64,000 bases of DNA, taken from an uncultured bacterium. Lineage in GTDB: Bacteria > Bacteroidota > Bacteroidia > Bacteroidales > Bacteroidaceae. The stretch covers positions 17,925 to 81,924 of the forward strand of contig CAMOFO010000004.1 in the NCBI GenBank assembly GCA_946613525.1. Direction: 5' to 3'. Both the position numbers and the translations under genes were made by a program. Below the pieces are notes generated by a model that was not told the DNA's origin, searched no databases, and saw nothing but the letters and a program-made list of their open reading frames with translations. Numbering within the stretch: position 1 is the first letter of the stretch; every line of letters starts with the position of its first letter. Shown piece by piece: positions 45,612 through 55,912 of the stretch.

Positions 45612-46834
45612 GTTTTCCTTTCTATATCGCCCGTCGCTACTTGTTTTCCAAGAAATCGACGAACGCCATCAACGTGATTTCCGCGATTTCGATGGCGGGC
45701 GTGGTTGTGGCTACGATGGCACTGGTCATCGTGATGAGCGTTTTCAACGGCTTCCACGACCTCGTGGCCTCGTTCTCCACACAGTTCGACCCGCAGCTCA
45801 AAGTGATTCCGACGGAGGGAAAAACCGCCCCTGCCGATGACCCGATCCTAACGGAAATCCGCCAGCTGCCCGAGGTAGATGTGGCAACGGAGTGCGTTGA
45901 AGACCAAGCACTTGCGATGTTTCGCGACAAGCAGTCGATGGTGATATTGAAGGGCGTTGACGACAATTTCGACGAGCTCACCCACATTCGCGAGGTGACC
46001 TATGGCGACGGCGAATTTCAGCTGCGCACCGTCGATTTGATGTACGGCACGCTGGGCATCCGCCTGGCGCAGGACTTGGGCATGGGGGCGCGCTTCGGCG
46101 ACTATCTGCGCATCTACGCGCCGCGTCGCGACGGCCAGCTCGACCTCGCGAACCCCTCGGACGGATTCGTAGTCGATTCGCTGATTTCTCCGGGCGTGGT
46201 TTTCTCCACGCGACAGGGCAAATACGACAAAAGCTACATCATCTGCCCAGTTGCCTTCACGCGGCTGCTCTTCGACCAGCAGGGGATGCTCTCATCGCTC
46301 GAACTGCGACTGAAGAACGGCAGCAACCTCAACGCCGTGAAGCGCGAGATGCGGCGAATCGCGGGCGACAAATATCACGTGCTCGACCGCTTCGAGCAGC
46401 AGGCCGACACGTTCAAAATCATGCAAATCGAGAAGCTGATTGCCTACCTTTTCCTCACGTTCATCCTCGTGGTGGCCTGCTTCAACATCATCGGCTCGCT
46501 CTCGATGCTCATCATCGACAAGAAAAACGACATCGCCACGCTGCGCAACCTCGGTGCCAACGACCGTCAGATTACGCGCATCTTCCTGTTTGAAGGCCGC
46601 CTGATTGCCGCCATCGGAGCCGTCATCGGCATTCTTCTGGGGCTGCTGCTCTGCTGGCTGCAACAGGAGTTCGGACTGGTGGGCATGGGTGGCAGCACGG
46701 GAATGTTCGTCATCAATGCCTATCCCGTGAGCGTACATTATAGCGACGTGCTCGTGATTTTCCTCACGGTGATTGCCGTGAGCTGGGTGGCCGTGTGGTA
46801 TCCCGTGCGGTATTTTTCGCGAAAATTGTTGTAA
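45608..46834 (+). CDS. FtsX/LolE-like ABC permease
   Basis: IARRYLFSKK, VMSVFNGF, FNIIGSLSM, IATLRNLGA. Confidence 0.9.
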   Translation: MSFPFYIARRYLFSKKSTNAINVISAISMAGVVVATMALVIVMSVFNGFHDLVASFSTQFDPQLKVIPTEGKTAPADDPILTEIRQLPEVDVATECVEDQALAMFRDKQSMVILKGVDDNFDELTHIREVTYGDGEFQLRTVDLMYGTLGIRLAQDLGMGARFGDYLRIYAPRRDGQLDLANPSDGFVVDSLISPGVVFSTRQGKYDKSYIICPVAFTRLLFDQQGMLSSLELRLKNGSNLNAVKREMRRIAGDKYHVLDRFEQQADTFKIMQIEKLIAYLFLTFILVVACFNIIGSLSMLIIDKKNDIATLRNLGANDRQITRIFLFEGRLIAAIGAVIGILLGLLLCWLQQEFGLVGMGGSTGMFVINAYPVSVHYSDVLVIFLTVIAVSWVAVWYPVRYFSRKLL

Positions 46835-46841
46835 AAAAAAG

Positions 46842-47714
46842 CTATTGCAGGTCGATGTGCTGCGCGAAGATTTTCTGCTGAAGGAAGATTCGGGCACTTT
46901 CCTGGAATTTTTCAGGGTTTTCGGTGGTGAAATAGCGTGTTTGACCGTTTTTCGTACAGTGTTTTTCGATTTCAGGATGCCGCTGCAAGTAGTTTTCAAG
47001 GCTCTCGGCCACGTAGTGTCCCTGCGAGATGATTTCTACGCCATCGGGAATATGACTCTTGATTTTCGGCAGCAAGAGCGGATAGTGGGTGCAGCCGAGG
47101 ATGACGGCATCGATTTTCGGGTCTTGCCCCATGAGTTGGTCGATGCGTTTCTTGACGAAATAGTCGGCGCCCGACGAGTTGGCCTCGCCAGCCTCTACGA
47201 TGGCTGCCCAGAGCGGACAGGCCACGCTGGTGAGTTGGATGTCGGGAAAGAATTTCTGGATTTCAAGCTGATAGCTCTCGCTACGCACGGTGCCTTCGGT
47301 GGCGAGCAGGCCCACGTGGCGCGTCTTCGTTTTCTGGCCGATGATTTCCGCCGTGGGACGGATGACGCCGAGGACACGACGAGGAAGTTGAGAGTTGAAA
47401 GTTGAGAGTTGAAAGTTTTCGGCTGAATTGGATTCTAATAGCGGAAGATCGTGCTGCTGGATGGTGCGCAGGGCCTTGGCCGAGGCCGTGTTACAGCCGA
47501 GAATGACCAAGTGGCAACCCATTTCGAAAAGTCTCAAAACGGCCTGGCGGGTGAACTGATAGACCACCTCGAAGGAGCGGCCACCGTAGGGCGCACGGGC
47601 GTTGTCGCCCAGATAGAGATAGTCGTATTCGGGCAGTCGGCTGCGGATGCTGTCGAGCACGGTCAGGCCTCCGTAGCCAGAGTCGAAAATGCCGATGGGA
47701 CCCGTCGCTGTCAC
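46842..47714 (-). CDS. murI: Glutamate racemase
   Basis: IGIFDSGYGGLTV, GCNTAS, LGCTHYP; GTG start overlaps the upstream TGA. Confidence 0.95.
   Translation of the reverse strand: MTATGPIGIFDSGYGGLTVLDSIRSRLPEYDYLYLGDNARAPYGGRSFEVVYQFTRQAVLRLFEMGCHLVILGCNTASAKALRTIQQHDLPLLESNSAENFQLSTFNSQLPRRVLGVIRPTAEIIGQKTKTRHVGLLATEGTVRSESYQLEIQKFFPDIQLTSVACPLWAAIVEAGEANSSGADYFVKKRIDQLMGQDPKIDAVILGCTHYPLLLPKIKSHIPDGVEIISQGHYVAESLENYLQRHPEIEKHCTKNGQTRYFTTENPEKFQESARIFLQQKIFAQHIDLQ
47387..47417. repeat. Four alternating GTTGAGA/GTTGAAA heptamers in frame in murI
   Basis: Encodes NFQLSTFNSQ. Confidence 0.9.
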
Positions 47715-48259
47715 GGTTTTTTCTTTTCTAACTCCGCGATGATGGCTGCGGTGACGTTCTGTCCGACGAAGGCATCGACGTAGGGCAGTGCGTTGTTGTC
47801 GGCATTGAGGATGAAGGCGTAGCCATTCTGCCTGCCGACGCTTTCCACAGCTGCCGACAGCCTCTCTTTCAGAGGTTTCATGGCCTCGGCCTCGGCCTTT
47901 GCGAGCAGTTCGCGCGCCTTTTCCTTGAAGGCCATGTTGCGCTGCATCAGGTCGGTAAGCTCAGCCTGTCGCTTTTTGTAGATGGAGGGTTCGAAACTGC
48001 GCTGTCCTTCGAGGAAGTCTTCGTATTTTCGGTTGAATTCGTCCTCGGCGCGTTTCATTTCCGCATCGTACTGGCTGCGCAGACGGTTCATCTTCTCCCT
48101 GACGGCAGCCAGGTCGGGCATCGACTGCAGCACCGTTTCGTAGCTGAAATAGCCGAAAATGGCACTTTTCTCGACGTTCAAAGGAGCATCGGCAGCCGTC
48201 TGTGCGACGGCTGCCATGCTCATGATTGCGCATACTGCAAGGATGCAGAGTCTTTTCAT
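47711..48259 (-). CDS. OmpH/Skp chaperone 3
   Basis: Signal peptide, FGYFSY, coiled coil, GYAFILN. Confidence 0.85.
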   Translation of the reverse strand: MKRLCILAVCAIMSMAAVAQTAADAPLNVEKSAIFGYFSYETVLQSMPDLAAVREKMNRLRSQYDAEMKRAEDEFNRKYEDFLEGQRSFEPSIYKKRQAELTDLMQRNMAFKEKARELLAKAEAEAMKPLKERLSAAVESVGRQNGYAFILNADNNALPYVDAFVGQNVTAAIIAELEKKKP

Positions 48260-48261
48260 AT

Positions 48262-48759
48262 TTATTTCAGTTTGAGCACTTCCGTCTTGCACTCGCTCGT
48301 GACGTCGGTCACCTGCGTGGCGCTGATGAAGGGCAGCGAGCCTTTCATGACGATGATGGAATACTTGCCGTTGTTGCCCACGTTTTCGATGGCCTTGGCC
48401 ACTTTCGACTGGATGGGCGTGAGCAGTTCTTCCTGCTTCTTCTGCAGGGCCTGGCCGTTGTCGTTGTAGGCCTGCTGGATTTTCTGGTTCAGGTCCATCA
48501 GACTCTGTTCGGTTTCCTGCTGCTTGGTGGCGTTCATCGTCGATTTCATTTTGTCGTACTCTTGAGCCTTGGTTTGCAGTTCCTTCTGCATTTCCTGCAG
48601 TTGATTTTCATACTCCTTGGCGAGTGCCTGCAATTCGCCCTGTGCTTTGGCGTATTCGGGCAGATTCTGAGCCACAGCGTCCATATCGACGCATCCGATT
48701 TTCTGTGCCTGCATGGCCATCGGAGCCAGCAGCATCAATGCTAAAAAGATTTTTTTCAT
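48262..48759 (-). CDS. OmpH/Skp chaperone 2
   Basis: AQKIGCVD, LPEY, Q/E/K-rich coiled coil, DVT..C...L. Confidence 0.9.
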   Translation of the reverse strand: MKKIFLALMLLAPMAMQAQKIGCVDMDAVAQNLPEYAKAQGELQALAKEYENQLQEMQKELQTKAQEYDKMKSTMNATKQQETEQSLMDLNQKIQQAYNDNGQALQKKQEELLTPIQSKVAKAIENVGNNGKYSIIVMKGSLPFISATQVTDVTSECKTEVLKLK

Positions 48760-48792
48760 TGTTGTTTGAATATTGATTAAATTGTTAATGAT

Positions 48793-49305
48793 TTAATATC
48801 CCAACTTCTGCAACACCTCGTTCGAGATATCCACGCTGGGCGAGCCGAAGATGATGCCGGCGGCCTCGCTCGCACGGTCGAGCACAAGGCTATAGCCGCG
48901 CGTCTCGGAGATTTCCTTCACCGTGTTGTAGATTTCCTCCTGAATGGGTCCCATCAGGCTCTCGCGCTTCTTGAACAACTCGCCCTCGGGTCCGAAATAC
49001 TTGCGTTTCAGGTCGCTGGCCTCCTTTTCCTTCTGCATGATGGCGTCTTGCTTCTCTTTTTTCTGCTCTTGCGAGAGGAACACCACCTCGTTCTGGTAGT
49101 TCTTGTACATGGTTTGCGCCTCGGTGTTCAGCGCTTCCACCTCGGCCTGCCACTTCTTCGACACTTGGTTGAGCTGCTCGTTGGCGCGCTCGTAGGCCGG
49201 AATGTTTCTCAGGATGTACTCCATGTCGAGCAGCGCGAACTTCTGGGCGCTGGCCGACGTGAAACTGCAGATTGCGCAAATGGCGCAGATGATGACTTTC
49301 TTCAT
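48793..49305 (-). CDS. OmpH/Skp chaperone 1
   Basis: AQKFALLDMEYIL..IPAY, KYFGPEGELFKKR, DISNEVL.KLGY. Confidence 0.92.
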   Translation of the reverse strand: MKKVIICAICAICSFTSASAQKFALLDMEYILRNIPAYERANEQLNQVSKKWQAEVEALNTEAQTMYKNYQNEVVFLSQEQKKEKQDAIMQKEKEASDLKRKYFGPEGELFKKRESLMGPIQEEIYNTVKEISETRGYSLVLDRASEAAGIIFGSPSVDISNEVLQKLGY

Positions 49306-49388
49306 ATTCTTTTCGTTTTATGGATTACACGTTTTGTTTGACTTTCTCCGAGTCTAAAAGTTGCTATTTGTTTCAGATTATTAACAAT

Positions 49389-49420
49389 TCAACACCTCAA
49401 CATTCAACCCTCAACATTCA
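49389..49420. repeat. TCAACAT/TCAACCC heptamers beginning at the bamA stop codon
   Basis: tcaacacc tcaacat tcaaccc tcaacat tca. Confidence 0.8.
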
Positions 49421-52114
49421 AAACTCTTGTCCGAGAATAAAGTGGAAGTGCGAGCCGCCACGCTTCAGATTGCGGTCTTGGTAGATTTTGTCGAAGCCGT
49501 AGGCCCAGTCGATACCCATCAGACCGACCATCGGCAGGAAGATGCGCACGCCGATGCCTGCCGAGCGTTTCATGTTGAAGGGATTGAATTTCTTCGCGTC
49601 GGCCCACGCGTTACCGCCTTCGAGGAAGGCCAGTCCATAGATGGTGGTGTTACCGAGCATGAAGGGATAGCGCAGTTCGAGCGTGAAGCGGTCGTAGGCG
49701 TAGGCGTTGTAGTAGCTGCTCGTGCCGGCCTCGAAGGCTGCGGTGTTCGAGATGGAGCCGTTTTCATAGCCGCGCAGTCCGATGGTTTCCTCGGCGTAGC
49801 CATAGCTGTAGCCGCTCATGCCGTCGCCACCCACGTAGAAGGTCTCGAAGGGCGATTTCTTGTACTGGTTATAGGCTCCGAGGAGACCGAACTCCACGCG
49901 CGTCATCAGCACCAAGGGCTTCGCGCCTCGCGTGAGTGCCGTGAAGGTGCGTCCCTTGAACTTCCATTTGTGGTATTCAATCCAGCGATATTTCTCTTGT
50001 TGCTCTTGCGAATAGGTGGCCGAATAGGGGTTGTTGGCCAGATTCTTGTAGTCTTTCTTGTCCCAGAGCGACCATGGCGGCGTGAGCTGCACCGAGGCCG
50101 TGAACTCCGAGCCGCTGCGCGGGAAGAGCGGGTTGTCGGTAGAGGAGCGGCTGAGCGAGAGGTTCAGGCTGATGTTGTTGGCGTTTCCGTTGCTCATGAT
50201 GGCGAAATATTGCCAGTTTTTGAGCGAGTAGCGCGTGAAGGAGAGCTGGGCCGAGAGGAAGAAATAGTCGTCGGGCCAGCGCAGTCGCTTACCCCATCCG
50301 AGCGTTACGCCGTAGAGCTTGATGTATTTGTCGGGGTCGTAGTAGTTTTCGTAGTTGTTGTAATAATAGTTGTTGCCGTAGCCATAGAGCATATTCATAT
50401 AGTTGTTCATATAGCCGCTGTTGTAGTAGGAGCTCGACACGTCGGTCTGCTTCGAAAAGAACGCGCTCACGGAGAACTGGATGGGGCGCTTGTTGCCGAA
50501 CCAGTTGGTGGAGTAGCTCGCGTTGTACGACTGGTAATAGCGTCCGTTGGTCTGCGCATTGATGCCGAGCGTTTCGCCGTCGCCGATGGGCATGATGCCG
50601 CGGTGTTCCTTGTTCTTGTTGAAGAGGTTGGCCATCGAGAAGTTGTTGAGCTTCAGACCCACGCGTCCGATGATGCCCGTCTGTCCCCATCCGAGCGAGA
50701 ACTCGACTTGGTCGTTCGATTTCGACTCCAGATTCCAGTTGATATCGACCGTGCCGTTCTCGCCATTGGGCTTTACATCAGGCTCCATTTTCTCGGGGTC
50801 GAAATGTCCCGACGAGGCAATTTCACGCGCCGAACGCATCAGTGCGTCCCTTGAGAAGAGGTCGCCGGGCTTGGTGCGCAGCTCGCGGCGGATGACGTTC
50901 TCGTAGAGGCGGTCGTTGCCGTTGATGCGCACGCGGTTGATGTAGGCCTGCGGGCCTTCGGAAATGCGCACTTCGAGGTCGATGGAGTCGCCCTCGGTCT
51001 TGATTTCAGTGGGTTGGATTTGGCAGAAGAGGTAGCCGTTGTTCCAATATTCGTTGCTGATGGCGTCTTCGTCGGAATGGAGGCGACTATTCAGCAGTTT
51101 CTGGTTATAGACGTCGCCCTTCTTCATGTCGAGCACGCGCACGAGGGCATCGGTGGGATAAACCGTGTTGCCCACCCACGAAATGTTTCTAAGGAAATAT
51201 TTCTGGCCCTCATCCACCTTCACATACACGTTCACATGCTTCGGGTCCACCGTCCACACGCTGTCTTCCACAATCATGGCATCGCGGAAGCCCATTTCAT
51301 TGTACTTATCCAAGAGGCTTTTCTTGGCCTCTTTCCAACGCTCGGGCGTGAATTTCTTGGCCTTGAAAAGGGTGGCGAGCTTGCCGGCCTCGTTCACTTT
51401 CCCCAGCGCGCCTTTTTTGAACAGTCCGCCCTTGATTTTCTTGTCGGGGAGTTGGTCGTTGCCCTCGATGATGATGCTGCGCACCTTCATTTTCTCCTTT
51501 TTGTCGATGACGATGTCGAGAATCACCTTGTTTTTCTCTGCCACGTCGTCGCGCTGCATCACGTCGATTTCAGCGTTTTGGAAGCCCTTGTCGTCGAAAT
51601 ATTTCTTGGCGAGCAGCTTGGCGCGGTCGAGCACGTTGGGATGGATGCTCATGCCGCTGGTGAGGCCGAGTTTCTTCTCAAGGTCGTCGCGCTCCGACTT
51701 CTTGATGCCCACGTAGTTGATTTGCGACACGCGCGGCCGTCCGGCCAGTGCCACGTGCAGATAGATGCGGTTGCCCACGATGGAATCGGCGGAAATCGAC
51801 ACCTCGGAGAAGAGTCCGTGGCGCCAATAGCGCTTCACGGCATCGGTGATTTGCGAGCCCGGCACCTCAATTTCCTGTCCTACGGTGAGACCCGAGATGC
51901 CCGCAATGGCATAGTCTTCGTAGCCGTCCATGCCCGAGATGTTGATGCCTCCGAGGACGTAGGTGCGCGGCGTGCCAGCATAGGTGATGTCGGGGTATTC
52001 GATGACATCCTGGGCTCTCAAAGTGAAAAGTGAAGAGTGAAAAGTGAACAATGCCAGGAGCACGATTCCTTTCCACGTGTCGCTTTTCTTTCTACTTTCT
52101 AAGATATATCTCAT
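49418..52114 (-). CDS. bamA: Outer membrane protein assembly factor BamA
   Basis: POTRA repeats, VIRRELRTKPG, LRGYEN, C-terminal FHFILGQEF; start placed at ATG 52114. Confidence 0.95.
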   Translation of the reverse strand: MRYILESRKKSDTWKGIVLLALFTFHSSLFTLRAQDVIEYPDITYAGTPRTYVLGGINISGMDGYEDYAIAGISGLTVGQEIEVPGSQITDAVKRYWRHGLFSEVSISADSIVGNRIYLHVALAGRPRVSQINYVGIKKSERDDLEKKLGLTSGMSIHPNVLDRAKLLAKKYFDDKGFQNAEIDVMQRDDVAEKNKVILDIVIDKKEKMKVRSIIIEGNDQLPDKKIKGGLFKKGALGKVNEAGKLATLFKAKKFTPERWKEAKKSLLDKYNEMGFRDAMIVEDSVWTVDPKHVNVYVKVDEGQKYFLRNISWVGNTVYPTDALVRVLDMKKGDVYNQKLLNSRLHSDEDAISNEYWNNGYLFCQIQPTEIKTEGDSIDLEVRISEGPQAYINRVRINGNDRLYENVIRRELRTKPGDLFSRDALMRSAREIASSGHFDPEKMEPDVKPNGENGTVDINWNLESKSNDQVEFSLGWGQTGIIGRVGLKLNNFSMANLFNKNKEHRGIMPIGDGETLGINAQTNGRYYQSYNASYSTNWFGNKRPIQFSVSAFFSKQTDVSSSYYNSGYMNNYMNMLYGYGNNYYYNNYENYYDPDKYIKLYGVTLGWGKRLRWPDDYFFLSAQLSFTRYSLKNWQYFAIMSNGNANNISLNLSLSRSSTDNPLFPRSGSEFTASVQLTPPWSLWDKKDYKNLANNPYSATYSQEQQEKYRWIEYHKWKFKGRTFTALTRGAKPLVLMTRVEFGLLGAYNQYKKSPFETFYVGGDGMSGYSYGYAEETIGLRGYENGSISNTAAFEAGTSSYYNAYAYDRFTLELRYPFMLGNTTIYGLAFLEGGNAWADAKKFNPFNMKRSAGIGVRIFLPMVGLMGIDWAYGFDKIYQDRNLKRGGSHFHFILGQEF
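52022..52049. repeat. Four AGTGAA(A/G/C) heptamers encoding part of the BamA signal peptide
   Basis: agtgaaa agtgaag agtgaaa agtgaac; encodes LFTFHSSLFT. Confidence 0.9.
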
Positions 52115-52133
52115 AGCTGTTATTTTTCGTTTT

Positions 52134-52886
52134 TCACTTTTCGTTTCCTTCCACCTGCGCCTCGGTCTTTCCGAAACGACGCTGGCGGCTCTGGAAGCTT
52201 TCGATGGCCTTGTGCAGGTCGGCTTCGGCGAAGTCGGGCCAGTAGGTGTCGCAGAAATAGAGCTCGGAATAGGCGATTTGCCAGAGCAGATAGTTCGAGA
52301 TGCGCAACTCGCCACCCGTGCGGATGAGCAGGTCGGGGTCGGGCATGAAGCGCGTCTGCAAGTGCTGGGCGACGGTTTCCTCGGTGATGTCTTTGGGGAA
52401 GAGTCCACCCGTTTTCAGGAATTTTGTCGTTCCAAGCGAGTCGTGGACTTCCGCCACGATTTCCCTGACGGCCTCGGCAATTTCCCAACGGCTTGAGTAG
52501 CTCAGCGCCACCACCATTGTCATAGTGTCGTTTCCGGCAGTGTGTTCCTCGGTTTCGCGCAGTTTCTGCTGCACGTCGTCGGGCAGTCGCTTCATGTCGC
52601 CGATGACGCGGAATCGCACGTTGTGCTTCATGAAAATCTCGTCTTCGAGCGAGGTCAGCACGAGTCCCATCAGGGCCGACACCTCGTCGGCAGGACGGTT
52701 CCAGTTTTCCGTCGAGAAGGTGTAGAGCGTGAGGTATTTCACGCCCAGCCGCACACATTCGGCGGTGATTCGCCGCACGGTTTCCACGCCGGCCTGATGT
52801 CCGGCATTGCGGGGCATTCCCTTCTCGGTGGCCCAGCGTCCGTTGCCGTCCATGATGATGGCGATATGTTCGGGTATTTTCTTCAT
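52134..52886 (-). CDS. uppS: Undecaprenyl diphosphate synthase
   Basis: [40 protein letters not shown]. Confidence 0.97.
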   Translation of the reverse strand: MKKIPEHIAIIMDGNGRWATEKGMPRNAGHQAGVETVRRITAECVRLGVKYLTLYTFSTENWNRPADEVSALMGLVLTSLEDEIFMKHNVRFRVIGDMKRLPDDVQQKLRETEEHTAGNDTMTMVVALSYSSRWEIAEAVREIVAEVHDSLGTTKFLKTGGLFPKDITEETVAQHLQTRFMPDPDLLIRTGGELRISNYLLWQIAYSELYFCDTYWPDFAEADLHKAIESFQSRQRRFGKTEAQVEGNEK

Positions 52887-52893
52887 TCTTTCC

Positions 52894-53652
52894 TTATTCT
52901 TTCCAGCACGTCACGCAACGCTCCTTGAAGCTGTAGGTGAGCGTCACGAGCAGTGCCGAGTAACAGTCCGTATTCTTGAAGGCTCCGCTCGACTTCACGC
53001 CGTAGGGGTCTTTCACGCCGTCGAGCTCGTCGCTCAGCGAGAAGTGGATGCCCCACTCCACGCCCAGGTTCAGCCGACTGGCCAGTTTGTATTTCACGCC
53101 GATGCCGAGGGGCACATTGCCCGTGAACACGTTTTTCGGGCCGCCCGAAACGAAAGTGGCGCCGATGCCTCCGAAAATGAAGGGTGTGAGCCGCTTTGCT
53201 CCGCGATAGTCGCGCCCCGTGCCGTAGGGCCAGAAGTTGTATTCAAACACGCAACTGGCGTCCACGAGCGTGTGGTTGAAGGCGTAAGAGAGGCGGTCGC
53301 CGTTCCACTCGTTGCCATCTGTCATCGAGGGGTAGTAGGTTTCCACATCTTTCGACGACCCTTTCAACTTGCCCCACGAGGCCGTGAATTTCAGTCCCGA
53401 GTGGGGATTGAACAGCGTTCTGAATACTGCCGTGGCCATCGGTTGCAGGTTTTTCGTGAGATTGCCGTTGAAGTCGCCGAGATAGCCCGTCAGTCCGGCT
53501 CCGGCACCGATTTCCATCGCATATTCAGGGTCGCTCTGGGCGTTGGTGGAAGACGGCAGGAAGAGCAATAAAACGCAGACCCATCCCCAACCCCTCCCTA
53601 AGGGGCGGGGAGCAAGGCGTCTTGTAGAATTGTTTTCCCTTGTCATCTTCAT
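52894..53652 (-). CDS. porG: PorG/DUF6089-like outer-membrane beta-barrel
   Basis: [23 protein letters not shown]-terminal CxxC; position upstream of uppS-bamA-skp as recalled for Porphyromonas. Confidence 0.65.
   Translation of the reverse strand: MKMTRENNSTRRLAPRPLGRGWGWVCVLLLFLPSSTNAQSDPEYAMEIGAGAGLTGYLGDFNGNLTKNLQPMATAVFRTLFNPHSGLKFTASWGKLKGSSKDVETYYPSMTDGNEWNGDRLSYAFNHTLVDASCVFEYNFWPYGTGRDYRGAKRLTPFIFGGIGATFVSGGPKNVFTGNVPLGIGVKYKLASRLNLGVEWGIHFSLSDELDGVKDPYGVKSSGAFKNTDCYSALLVTLTYSFKERCVTCWKE
53578..53612. repeat. REP-like palindrome within the porG-like signal region
   Basis: gacccatccccaacccctccctaaggggcggggag; encodes [12 protein letters not shown]. Confidence 0.8.
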
Positions 53653-53656
53653 CCGC

Positions 53657-54754
53657 TTATCGGTTCCACTTCATTCGGTTCAGATACCCGCGCCACGCTT
53701 GCTTCGTGGTCTCGTTGATGAGCCAGAGGTTCTGCTCGGCGTCGGCCACCAGCGCATGGCGGCTATTGACGTCGATGCCTTCGGGGAGGGAGATATTCTC
53801 CTTCTGATGCCACGTGAGGCCACAGTCTTCGCTCACGTAGATAGCCGTGTAGGGCGTCTGCATGCAGGCTCCGAGGCCTTGTCCGCCGATGGCCAGCAGC
53901 AGGTTGCCGTAGGCCGTCACTTGCAAGTCGCGCATCCGCGGCAGCTGGCTGCGGTTTTCTGCCGTGGGCGTGTAGAAGAACCACGACGCATTTTCGTCAT
54001 CGGAATCCACGATTTTGCTCCACACCATCGCGGTGGTGTCGGCGGCGTGGCTTTCCGCGCTGCGATTGCCCACGAGAATCATCCGATAGGCATCGTCGCT
54101 GGTCTTCAAGGGCAGTTTCACGAGGTTCAGGTCGGTTGTCGGGAGCCAGTCGGCATCGGTGTCGAGAGCGTCTTCGCCAACCACTTCACCCACGTTGGAA
54201 GGCTGCGTGCGAAGGGCCAGGAGGCTCGCCATTTCGTCGTCTGTCAGCGAGGCTTGCGACCAGTGGAAATCGTCGCCGTTCTGCTGGTGGACGCGCACCT
54301 CGACCATGTATTTCCGGAAGCTCGAGCCCGACTGGTTATAAACGCGGAACTCCACAGGCTTCGAGAAGTCGATGGAGTCGGTACTGGAATAGAGCACAAG
54401 GCTGTCGCGCTGGCCGTCTTTCGTGTGCAGGTTGATGAGTATCGACCCTGCGTTTTTCACCGTCGCCGTGCAAATGGCGCGCGACACGTCGGTGTTCTGC
54501 GGCAAGGAGTCGAGGTTATAGACTAGTCCACGTTGTTGGTCGATGGAGAAAGCGAAGCTGCTTCCCACGACGTTGGCGGTGTAGGTACTGTCCTCGCCCG
54601 TCGAACTCTTCGTGTGCACCGTGCATTTCAGCGTTCCCAACGAGAATGAGGAGAGCGCCGTGTCTTCGTAATACACCGTGTTCACTTCGTTGTCTTTCAG
54701 ACACGACGACAACATCAGAATCGATATCACTAAAAGGCCAAAACCCTTATTCAT
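53657..54754 (-). CDS. Lipoprotein (DUF6242-like)
   Basis: Lipobox LSSC; FSIDQ..G.VYNLDSLP; conserved position before porG-uppS. Confidence 0.7.
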   Translation of the reverse strand: MNKGFGLLVISILMLSSCLKDNEVNTVYYEDTALSSFSLGTLKCTVHTKSSTGEDSTYTANVVGSSFAFSIDQQRGLVYNLDSLPQNTDVSRAICTATVKNAGSILINLHTKDGQRDSLVLYSSTDSIDFSKPVEFRVYNQSGSSFRKYMVEVRVHQQNGDDFHWSQASLTDDEMASLLALRTQPSNVGEVVGEDALDTDADWLPTTDLNLVKLPLKTSDDAYRMILVGNRSAESHAADTTAMVWSKIVDSDDENASWFFYTPTAENRSQLPRMRDLQVTAYGNLLLAIGGQGLGACMQTPYTAIYVSEDCGLTWHQKENISLPEGIDVNSRHALVADAEQNLWLINETTKQAWRGYLNRMKWNR

Positions 54755-54928
54755 GGTTATTTCACTATTTACGATTTCTACTTTACTTGCATTTTCAGCC
54801 TGCAAATATAGTCAGAAAAACGCAAATACACGTTCTTTATTATGTAAAATATTCATTTATAAAGACTTTTTTAAGGTTTATTTAGTCAAATGGAGTTTAC
54901 TTTTGCGCTTTGGAAATGCGATTTTCCG

Positions 54929-54970
54929 AAAAAAAATCCCGTAAGCATTCGCTGCCCACGGGACTTTTTT
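54929..54970. terminator. Bidirectional-type terminator after the fructan operon
   Basis: A run, tcccgt...acggga, T run. Confidence 0.7.
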
Positions 54971-55003
54971 CAAGAGAAAAAATGGTTATAGTGTGTTATG
55001 ATG

Positions 55004-55894
55004 CTAATCTCTCAGGCGATGAAGCAACTCGGCAGGCAGCGCGGGCATGGCGCCGTTTTGCGTGCAGACGTAGGCCGAGACCTCGACTGCGAGCTCATGG
55101 GCTTCGGCGATGCTTTTTCCGCTGAGGATGGCCGAACAGAACGAGCCCGTAAACGAGTCGCCGGCGCCCACCGTGTCGGCCACTTGCACCTTGGGCGTTT
55201 CGCGGAAGAACATCTGGCCCGGGGCGAACACATACGAACCGTTGGTGCCGCAGGTGAGCACGAGCATATCCAGATTGTATTTGCCAAGGATGAGCCAGCA
55301 TTTGTTTTCCATGTCGAGACCCGGATAGCCAAACATCCGACCGATAATAACGAGTTCTTCATCGTTGATTTTCAGCACGTTACAGCGTTGCATCGACTCT
55401 TGAATCACCTCGCGCGTGTAGAAATTCTGCCGCAGGTTGATGTCGAAGATTTTCATGCAGTCTTTCGGTGTGGCATCGAGGAAACGATGGATGTTTTCGC
55501 GCGACACGACGTTGCGCTGCGCCAGCGAACCGAAGCACACGGCACGGCAGTTGCGGGCTGCCTCCTCGATTTCGGGCGTGAAGGGAATGTTGTCCCAGGC
55601 CACGTTTTCGCGGATGTCGTAAGTGGGAATGCCCTGTTCGTCGAGCGTCACCTGCACGGTGCCCGTGGGATAAGGCACGCGCGGCATCAGGTAGCGCAAC
55701 TGGTGTTCTTCGAGGGCTACGATGGTTTCTTCGGCGAGTTTGTCCTCTCCGAGCGCACTCACGGCCAGCGCATTGTCTTGTCCGAGGAACTGGCCTGCGT
55801 GATAGGCGAAGTTGGCTGGTGCTCCGCCGAGTTTCTTTCCTTCGGGCAGCACGTCCCAGAGTGCTTCGCCGAGGCCTACTACTAATTGTTTCAT
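55004..55894 (-). CDS. PfkB-family fructokinase
   Basis: GEALWD, GGAPANFA, FDINLR, DTVGAGDSF; fructan PUL context. Confidence 0.92.
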   Translation of the reverse strand: MKQLVVGLGEALWDVLPEGKKLGGAPANFAYHAGQFLGQDNALAVSALGEDKLAEETIVALEEHQLRYLMPRVPYPTGTVQVTLDEQGIPTYDIRENVAWDNIPFTPEIEEAARNCRAVCFGSLAQRNVVSRENIHRFLDATPKDCMKIFDINLRQNFYTREVIQESMQRCNVLKINDEELVIIGRMFGYPGLDMENKCWLILGKYNLDMLVLTCGTNGSYVFAPGQMFFRETPKVQVADTVGAGDSFTGSFCSAILSGKSIAEAHELAVEVSAYVCTQNGAMPALPAELLHRLRD

Positions 55895-55912
55895 ATTTTC
55901 TAAAGGGTTTTT

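Noticed and set aside
50335-50430. Tyr/Asn low-complexity stretch in BamA
   Set aside because: Codon-level (period 3) loop composition, not part of the 7/8-mer family
52115-52408. N-terminal extension of the 996-aa bamA ORF, and similar extensions on cobB, prmC, DUF2851 and the first adhesin
   Set aside because: These overlap neighbouring genes or promoters; downstream ATGs give proper signal peptides or family N-termini
52401-52450. Short inverted repeat around a variable segment of UppS
   Set aside because: Only about 7 bp of pairing and no second copy; could be chance
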